This document shows positions 7,814-13,559 of a stretch of 13,559 nt of DNA, piece after piece. Both the position numbers and the translations under genes were made by a program. This stretch comes from Candidatus Thorarchaeota archaeon (GTDB lineage Archaea > Asgardarchaeota > Thorarchaeia > Thorarchaeales > Thorarchaeaceae). Where the stretch lies: assembly GCA_038893995.1 (NCBI GenBank), contig JAWAQK010000059.1, positions 1 through 13,559 on the forward strand, written 5' to 3'. Under the pieces are notes generated by a model. That model did no database searches. It saw nothing but the letters and a program-made list of their open reading frames with translations, and was not told the origin of the DNA. Positions within the stretch are counted from its first letter, which is position 1; each line of letters begins with the position of its first letter.

Positions 7814-8473
7814 AGCACGCCCATCAAGTTCGCGGATCAAGGTGTTGACCGACTGCCATGTTCTGCGCACAAAGGAAGGCAGTCGGCCATGTTCGACGAT
7901 GATGGATCGGACGAAGTCAGTGGTCTTGGGATCGGAGGGGTATCCGGAACCAAAGTCACCATACCTCCTGCGAATCTCCGCCACCGCAAGATCGCGTCGT
8001 ACTTTTGCAACAACGGACGCGGCAGAGACAACGGTGTATCTTGTGTCTGCTTTGTATTCCGAGATGATCTGGCAGTTTTGTCCGCAAACGCCAGCCTCCT
8101 GAGCAATTCTCTCGCCGAACCTAGAGGGGTCATTTCCTATAGCATCAACATAGACTACACTTGGTTGCAGCCTTCTGACTATTGATGCGAAAGCAATGCG
8201 TTCGAGTTCATTCAGGCTGACGCCTTGTTCCCTACTGAGATCGATCTGTGAGGCCTTTATCTCCTCCACGAGTACTTCGTCTGCGAGCTCATAGATTAGG
8301 AACGACAGTTCAGTCCTTCGTCTTGGGGACAACTCCTTTGAGTCCCGTACTCCTATTCGCTTCAAGACTTCTATCCGCGAGGGAGAAAGCAGTACGCCAC
8401 ACACCATTATGGGGCCAATGATTGGGCCTCGGCCTGCCTCGTCGATACCTGCTACTTGACACGTGTCGTACAT
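7790..8473 (-). CDS. rnhB: Ribonuclease HII
   Basis: ORF protein: VAGIDEAGRGPIIGPIMVCGV, GVRDSKELSPRRR, VYVDAIGNDPSRF, AASVVAKVRRDLAVAEIRRRYGDFGSGYPSDPKT. Confidence 0.95.
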   Translation of the reverse strand: MYDTCQVAGIDEAGRGPIIGPIMVCGVLLSPSRIEVLKRIGVRDSKELSPRRRTELSFLIYELADEVLVEEIKASQIDLSREQGVSLNELERIAFASIVRRLQPSVVYVDAIGNDPSRFGERIAQEAGVCGQNCQIISEYKADTRYTVVSAASVVAKVRRDLAVAEIRRRYGDFGSGYPSDPKTTDFVRSIIVEHGRLPSFVRRTWQSVNTLIRELDGRASTIQSFG

Positions 8474-8596
8474 GCTGCCAATAGTGAGCTCGCTTCTGTC
8501 CTTATGTGCAATTCTGTCCCGTTCACAGAAAGCTTCTTATCACACTGAAATCGTTCAGCTCGCGCAGGTCGCAATAGTACATCTAGCTGCGACGTC

Positions 8597-8703
8597 GGGG
8601 ACGTGGCCTAGCCCGGTAAGGTAGCGGGCTCCAGATCCTATGAGCAGGGGTCATAGAAGGACAAACTCGCAGATCGTGGGTTCAAATCCCACCGTCCCCA
8701 CCA
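8597..8703 (+). tRNA. tRNA-Trp(CCA) with a 30-nt intron at the canonical 37/38 site; CCA encoded
   Basis: GGGGACG (8597-8603) pairs with CGTCCCC (8693-8699), A73 at 8700, CCA at 8701-8703. D-arm GCCT-AGCCCGGTA-AGGT. Anticodon stem GCGGG (8624-8628)/CTCGC (8666-8670), anticodon CCA at 8631-8633. T-arm GTGGG-TTCAAAT-CCCAC. Confidence 0.92.
8635..8664 (+). other. tRNA-Trp intron (37/38)
   Basis: ATCCTATGAGCAGGGGTCATAGAAGGACAA. Bulges AGA (AG^A) and AAA (AA^A) flank a short helix TCC/GGA (with an adjacent C-C), and the inner helix TCCTATGA/TCATAGAA has one mismatch, so this is a slightly relaxed BHB. Confidence 0.85.
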
Positions 8704-8812
8704 CTGTACTGTAGGAGGGTACGACCGTACACCATTTGCATGACTGACCTCTCGTAGTCATGGCCTGTAGAGTTCGATGGACGGTCCCATGAGAACTCTC
8801 ACTAATGACAAT

Positions 8813-8822
8813 GTTTAAAAAA
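8813..8822 (+). promoter_or_regulatory. TATA-box-like element TTTAAAAAAC for 5S rRNA
   Basis: Located about 25-34 nt upstream of the 5S rRNA 5' end. Confidence 0.6.
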
Positions 8823-8846
8823 CTCCCGAATTTCACAGGTCTTCGA

Positions 8847-8961
8847 TGGCGGCCATGGGCGCCGGGGATCACCCATACCCATTCCGAACATGGAAGTTAA
8901 GCCCGGTGTCGTCGTGGGACATGTGCGGTGCGCGAGCCCGCGACAGGCCCACGAGCTGCCA
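8847..8961 (+). rRNA. 5S ribosomal RNA (ends approximate)
   Basis: Conserved CCCATTCCGAACATGGAAGTTAAGCCC core, and a terminal helix TGGCGGC (8847-8853)/GCTGCCA (8955-8961). Confidence 0.93.
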
Positions 8962-9114
8962 CATTCCAATTCATTCTTTGACCATTCAAACTTCCGATTG
9001 TCTTTAGGACCCGGTCTCGGGTGCATTGGACCAGCTGAAACGGAGAAACGGATGTATACCATTTCATAAACAGAAACTGTTAAAGCACAACCGTCATTTG
9101 GCACTTTGATACAC

Positions 9115-10230
9115 ATGCAGGCGGAACTGGGTCAGTTCAACTGGATCGTAAGTCTAGCTTTCTTCGCGTTCATCATTTTCATGAGTCTTTACGGCGCCAA
9201 GATTCAGATGTGGCAATGGCTCAAACAGATAGAGATGGGACTTCTGGAACTAAGGAGCATGTCCACTGATTCCAGACAGAAAGCCATTGATACCTTCAAG
9301 AGGTACGGCAGAGAAGAACAGGATGTTGTCAACGCACTCGACCGCTGGCTTGACTATTTCACCATCATGCCAGTTGATCTGGACCCAGCTGGAGTCTTGA
9401 AGAGACTCGACCATCTACTCGACGAACGCAGAGATAGGTTCCAGGAGTTCGTGTCAGAGATCGCACCGAATGCGGATCAGACAACACGACAGAATCTTGA
9501 AAACACACTTGAGGTAGCTCAGGTGCTCACGCTGATCTTTCGCATTGTGCGTCACTTCTACATCCTTGGAAAGAAGACGGGCAGTCAGCTCATAGTCATG
9601 CAGGTCTATATGCAGATGCCCGAACTCCTCAGGCTAGCAAGGGCATACAACGATGCAATGGACGCCTTCACGGAGGGAAAGCCAATTGGCGACGGTATCG
9701 GGCCCCTTGTGGTCACCAGATTTGCACATGAGCTAGGAGCAACACCCGAGAGCTATGTCCATGAGGTGGACAGAGAAGTGGGGTACTACAATGTCAACTT
9801 CGAGGGCAGGACTGTTTTCGTCCTCAGGGCTACGGGCCCAGGAGGAACAGTTGGAAAACCTGGTTTTGCAGTGAAGAAGATAGTAGAAGATAACAAAGGG
9901 CGAATATCGAGAATAATAACCGTCGATGCGGCCCTCAAACTCGAAGGAGAGGAGCTGGGTAGGATATCCGAGGGCACAGGGGCGGCCATTGGAGACCCGG
10001 GTCCAGAGAAACATGCAATAGAGGACGTGGCGACGCAGAACAATATCGGTATAGAGGCCATTGTCATAAAGGAAGATGAGGCGGCCGCTGTTGGTACAAT
10101 GCAGAAGAAAATACTCGACACAGTACCCGAAGTCATAGAACGGATAAAGCTGGCCATAACAAGGCGGACAAACCCGGGTGACAAGATAATCCTCGCGGGA
10201 ATAGGTAACACGATGGGAATTGGTCTATGA
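9115..10230 (+). CDS. DUF1512-like archaeal membrane-anchored protein of unknown function
   Basis: ORF 9106..10230(+). One N-terminal TM helix (FNWIVSLAFFAFIIFMSLYG), conserved-looking MPVDLDP, KKTGSQLIVMQVYMQMPELLRLA, PIGDGIGPLV, VLRATGPGGTVGKPG, GNTMGIG. ATG 9115 is preferred over TTG 9106. Family name from memory. Confidence 0.75.
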   Translation: MQAELGQFNWIVSLAFFAFIIFMSLYGAKIQMWQWLKQIEMGLLELRSMSTDSRQKAIDTFKRYGREEQDVVNALDRWLDYFTIMPVDLDPAGVLKRLDHLLDERRDRFQEFVSEIAPNADQTTRQNLENTLEVAQVLTLIFRIVRHFYILGKKTGSQLIVMQVYMQMPELLRLARAYNDAMDAFTEGKPIGDGIGPLVVTRFAHELGATPESYVHEVDREVGYYNVNFEGRTVFVLRATGPGGTVGKPGFAVKKIVEDNKGRISRIITVDAALKLEGEELGRISEGTGAAIGDPGPEKHAIEDVATQNNIGIEAIVIKEDEAAAVGTMQKKILDTVPEVIERIKLAITRRTNPGDKIILAGIGNTMGIGL

Positions 10231-10240
10231 GGTGTCAAAT

Positions 10241-10606
10241 ATGGGTGTGGCTACGAAACTGCTGGGCGTAATCCTGATGGGCCTTGGTACAGTGACATTC
10301 CTGATGGGCATGAATATTGAGCCTCCACTATCGATCCTCTGGATAGTATTGGGGCTGTTCTCCCTGTCAATGGGTCTTGGCTTGATCAATGCCAACAGGA
10401 TCCAGCCAAAGGCCAAGTCGGCGCCGCCGACAATCACTGAAGTGAGATGTGACAACAGGTCCTGTGACTTCAAGGAGATCAGAGACTTTCTGTCAGGCGA
10501 CTATGTACTCAAACCAGTTGACCAACCCTGCCCCAAGTGTGGGGCCCGAATGACGGTATACGGCGTCTATGTTGTCAGGGAAGAGGAAGAGAAGCCCTCA
10601 ATCTAG
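10241..10606 (+). CDS. Small membrane protein with two predicted TM helices and a C-terminal zinc ribbon, unknown function
   Basis: From ATG 10241: MGVATKLLGVILMGLGTVTFLMGMNIEPPLSILWIVLGLFSLSMGLGLI..., then C-x4-C ... CPKC (EVRCDNRSCDFKE...QPCPKCGARM). ORF track starts at TTG 10220. Confidence 0.65.
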   Translation: MGVATKLLGVILMGLGTVTFLMGMNIEPPLSILWIVLGLFSLSMGLGLINANRIQPKAKSAPPTITEVRCDNRSCDFKEIRDFLSGDYVLKPVDQPCPKCGARMTVYGVYVVREEEEKPSI

Positions 10607-11499
10607 CCTTCCTGCGTGAGTATCTGGCAACGGTCCTCCGTCACGAACACAGTATGCTCTGACTGGCTTACTGGTCGATTGCTCTTCTCAACGAGCACGG
10701 GGTAGCCGCGGATTGCGCCTAGCTTCATCAGCTTCCGAATCTCGCCAATGAGATCAATTCCACTCTGAGTGGTCCCGATCCACCGTGATGCAAAGGGTAG
10801 ATAGCCATACTTCTTCTTCAGATACTGATAGAGCCGCTCAGTAGTCCCCTCAAGATGAGGTTCTCTTTTCGTGTTGGAGAAAATGTACACGTACTTGCTA
10901 TCTCCTACCTGACGCCCAGATGTGGCGAATGGCTCAATAGCGTATACTTCGCCCGCTTCAATTCTTGTTGAAGAGCCAGCGGGATAATTTGGGATCTGTT
11001 TGCCCCCATGAAGGACGAATCTACCTAGGCTGTGTCCAGTGAGTTCACGTACAGGATTAAGACCGTAGGCACGTATGGTCCTTTCGATCACACCACCCAC
11101 CTCATCTACCGACACCCCAGGCTTCATGGTTGCGATGGCCTCATTGAGGGCGTCATCGGTGGCCTCGACAAACCCATTGAGCGTGCCATCTATGTCCACA
11201 GTCCTGGCGGTATCAGCTATGTAACCGTCGACATGGACACCAACATCTATCTTCACAAGACCAAAATCGGGAATCACAGATTCATCGCCACGCGGCGATG
11301 TGTAATGTGCTGCGACTTCGTTGGTAGAAACATTACAGGGGAACGCGGGCCGGCCGCCTAGTTCGATTATCCTCCTCTCCGAACGGGCACAGATTGTCAC
11401 AACTTTCACGCCCGGCTTGACCAGTTGGCACGCTTCTCTCAGGACCCGAGCTGCAATTCGACCTGCTTTGACTTGACAAGGAGAGGGCTCAATCGGCAT
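10603..11499 (-). CDS. map: Methionine aminopeptidase, type II (archaeal)
   Basis: ORF 10603..11574(-). FPCNVSTNEVAAHYTSPRGDE, VKIDVGVHVDGYIADTARTV, GHSLGRFVLHGGKQIPNY, EAGEVYAIEPFAT. ATG 11499 (MPIEPSPCQVKAGRIAARVL) is preferred because a TTTAAG-like box lies about 33 nt upstream; ATG 11574 remains possible. Confidence 0.93.
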   Translation of the reverse strand: MPIEPSPCQVKAGRIAARVLREACQLVKPGVKVVTICARSERRIIELGGRPAFPCNVSTNEVAAHYTSPRGDESVIPDFGLVKIDVGVHVDGYIADTARTVDIDGTLNGFVEATDDALNEAIATMKPGVSVDEVGGVIERTIRAYGLNPVRELTGHSLGRFVLHGGKQIPNYPAGSSTRIEAGEVYAIEPFATSGRQVGDSKYVYIFSNTKREPHLEGTTERLYQYLKKKYGYLPFASRWIGTTQSGIDLIGEIRKLMKLGAIRGYPVLVEKSNRPVSQSEHTVFVTEDRCQILTQEG

Positions 11500-11599
11500 A
11501 GGAACACCCCGGAAACCTCTGGGTGTTGACTTAAAGAAGTTGTGAAAGACAAGGTTGGGCAAGTGGTCAGACATGAGGCACCGCTAAGATGGTTACTAG

Positions 11600-11611
11600 T
11601 GACAGCTGTCA
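11600..11611. repeat. Perfect 12-bp palindrome TGACAGCTGTCA
   Basis: Read directly from the sequence upstream of map. Confidence 0.9.
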
Positions 11612-12064
11612 GGCGATATTGGGATCAAGTCATCTTCTGACCTGGTCAACTGATGAACTCAGAGTCAAGAACGAGAGGATCACATGCAAGACACAAGATG
11701 AGTCGGAACTAGACTGCAGAGGGGGCCGATGTCTGTAGCCTCACGCTAACTCCCAGCATCACCGTAAGGATTGTGCCCATCTCTGCTGGGCTGATTCCCG
11801 TGAGGCACTTGTGACACCGACCGGGACCTGCCAATATACGATACCGGGGTGACCCATGCTCATCCCAAGACAAGAGCCCCAGTTGCATGAGTCCGTTGCG
11901 GATCGCTGTGATTTGCTTGGCAGGATATGGCTCGGGTTGTCGCCCATTCCTTGCGCTGCACGTCATGGCGTTGGCTCGGTGTGCCCTCGTGAATGGGCCA
12001 TATCACCCGAACAAACTATACTCGTTTCAAGAGGTTATTAGCATTACAGTGGAAGACCAACTGC

Positions 12065-12082
12065 CGTGTCGTCAACGACACG
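12065..12082. repeat. Perfect inverted repeat CGTGTCG-TCAA-CGACACG
   Basis: 7-bp perfect arms with a 4-nt loop in the unassigned map-dnaG region. Confidence 0.9.
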
Positions 12083-12391
12083 TTCAAATACAATCAATCC
12101 ACTAGTCCCGTCAGTGGCTGGGAATACACAACAGATTCAGTCACATTGAAACCACCTGTGGTTTCCATTGCGGAAGTGTCCAGCCAGTAGAGGCCTGTCA
12201 TCATCAATAGAATCTCAGGATTATCATATCACAATTATCACAAATCACTTTCACGGATGTCAGCTGAGGGCAGTACGTCCAGTGACGTCGTGTGAAGAAA
12301 GGGATACCTGTACTCCCACTTGAGGGGACTTGCGGGCAAGTACTGGCTTACATAGAGGAGACCCAGGACAAATAACTCGTAGGAGACGTGC

Positions 12392-13559
12392 ATTGGAATC
12401 GGCTCAGATTTTGATGAAAGCACCGCAAAGTATGTCATCAGAGCCCGCATCGAGGTCGACGGTGTTGTGGATAAGCCCGATGTCATAGGCGCTTTGTTTG
12501 GGCAGACAGAAGGATTGATCGGAGAGGACATGGACCTGCGTGAGTTGCAGCGAACGGGAAGGGTAGGCCGAATTCAGATTGCCATAAAGTCAGAGGCGGG
12601 AGTCAGCCGAGGAGAGATAGTGATCCCCGTTTCCTTGAATAGGACCGCCACAGCCATGCTGGCAGCTGCAATTGAAACCGTTGATCGTGTGGGCCCATGT
12701 ACTGCCAGGGTGACCCTTGAGAAACTTGAGGACATAAGAGGCGCAAAGCGACGAAGAGTCGTCAGCCGCGCGATTAGCATCCTAAAGGGATGGGGCGAAG
12801 AAGTCGCTCCCGACACTGAGAGGATAACCGGCGAAGTGACTAAGGCCAGTCGAAAGATGGTAACCAAGTACGGTCCTGACAAGCTTCCTGCTGGACCTGA
12901 TCTCATGGGGAGCAACGAGATCATCATCGTTGAGGGTCGCGCAGACGTGGTCAATCTCATGAGGAACGGCTTTGACAACACAATAGCACTTGAGGGAACT
13001 CACGTTCCAGCAACGATAATTGACCTCACCAAGAACACTGACAAGACCATTGTGGCCTTTCTAGACGGTGATAGAGGGGGTGACTTGATACTCCGTGAAC
13101 TCATGCAGGTTGCAAGAGTGGACTATATCTCAAGAGCTCCAGAGGGCAAGGAAGTTGAAGAGTTGACAAGACGTGAGATAACAAAAGCTCTTCAGACGAG
13201 GATACCTGCCGAACAGGCACTTGCACTCTTGAGCGAGAAACATGCCTCACCAGTTGCACAGAAGCGAAATGCATCAAAGAGGGTTCAGGAGAGAAAGAGA
13301 AACTCTGAAACAGAAGGCCAACGTGGGTTTCCGCCCAGAAGACCCGTGGATGAATTTCCTGGACCAAGGCCCCATAGTAGAGGTCCGAAGCAGGTAGTAT
13401 CAATTGACGAGGTCTATGTCAGGAGAGCTGCAACAATCAAGGAAACCCTCAAGGCTGTTCTTTTTGACACTAACGGCCAGGAGATCGCTGAGTGCAGCGT
13501 GGCAGACCTGGCGAAGGTGATGGAGTCCTACGATACTGTCGGTGCTGTCGTGTTCGATG
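12392..13559 (+). CDS. dnaG: Archaeal DnaG-like primase (TOPRIM), 3' end beyond window
   Basis: Manual translation from 12392: [ATT]GIGSDFDESTAKYVIRARIEVDGVVDKPDVIGALFGQTEGLIGEDMDLRELQRTGRVGRIQIAIKSEAG...IPVSLNRTATAMLAAAIETVDRVGPC...TOPRIM NEIIIVEGRADVVNLMRNGFDNTIALEGTHVP...TIVAFLDGDRGGDLILREL.... Open to the right edge. Start codon uncertain (see findings). Confidence 0.95.
   Translation, partial: MGIGSDFDESTAKYVIRARIEVDGVVDKPDVIGALFGQTEGLIGEDMDLRELQRTGRVGRIQIAIKSEAGVSRGEIVIPVSLNRTATAMLAAAIETVDRVGPCTARVTLEKLEDIRGAKRRRVVSRAISILKGWGEEVAPDTERITGEVTKASRKMVTKYGPDKLPAGPDLMGSNEIIIVEGRADVVNLMRNGFDNTIALEGTHVPATIIDLTKNTDKTIVAFLDGDRGGDLILRELMQVARVDYISRAPEGKEVEELTRREITKALQTRIPAEQALALLSEKHASPVAQKRNASKRVQERKRNSETEGQRGFPPRRPVDEFPGPRPHSRGPKQVVSIDEVYVRRAATIKETLKAVLFDTNGQEIAECSVADLAKVMESYDTVGAVVFD

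Noticed and set aside
7806-8185. Plus-strand ORFs antisense to rnhB
   Set aside because: They overlap conserved rnhB coding sequence and their translations show no family features.
8635-8664. C/D guide RNA encoded in the tRNA-Trp intron
   Set aside because: At 30 nt it is too short and lacks the C and D box sequences seen in guide-bearing Trp introns.
9733-10238. 150-aa and 93-aa minus ORFs inside the DUF1512-like gene
   Set aside because: Antisense to a better supported ORF, with no recognisable domain.
12190-12225. Minus-strand C-box-like ATGATGA near 12200-12207
   Set aside because: No D or D' box (CTGA) at suitable spacing and no terminal stem.
12574-13403. Minus ORFs 12574..12981 and 13101..13403, and plus ORF 12782..13003
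   Set aside because: All lie within the dnaG frame, which has clear homology features on the plus strand.
1-13559. CRISPR array, transposon, prophage or defence island
   Set aside because: No repeated spacer-like units, terminal inverted repeats, transposase/integrase motifs or toxin-antitoxin-like pairs were seen. The content is housekeeping.

Overview
This 13.6 kb window is archaeal and mostly housekeeping: translation, tRNA and snoRNP functions, pyrimidine biosynthesis and replication. I found no phage, CRISPR, transposon or defence-like module. In order, I assign: archease (5' part, minus, runs off the left edge); an intron-interrupted tRNA-Ser(UGA); elp3 (minus); a short rps30e gene missing from the ORF track; pyrK and pyrD (minus, overlapping); nop5, flpA (fibrillarin) and a UPF0216/DUF61 gene, in overlapping order on plus; a COG1395-type HTH protein; rnhB (minus); an intron-containing tRNA-Trp(CCA); 5S rRNA; a DUF1512-like membrane protein; a small TM plus zinc-ribbon protein; a type II methionine aminopeptidase (minus); and dnaG (plus, runs off the right edge and absent from the ORF track). 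The least ordinary observations are: (1) a 30-nt bulge-helix-bulge intron inside the T-loop of tRNA-Ser(UGA), next to the divergent archease gene, whose family is linked to tRNA splicing ligation; (2) a dnaG frame with no ATG/GTG/TTG upstream of the conserved N-terminus, which suggests an ATT start behind a Shine-Dalgarno sequence or a frameshift; (3) an unassigned block of about 800 bp between map and dnaG with several inverted and direct repeats. S30e suggests a TACK/Asgard-like source, but this is inference. All product names come from reading motifs by eye; no database search was run.
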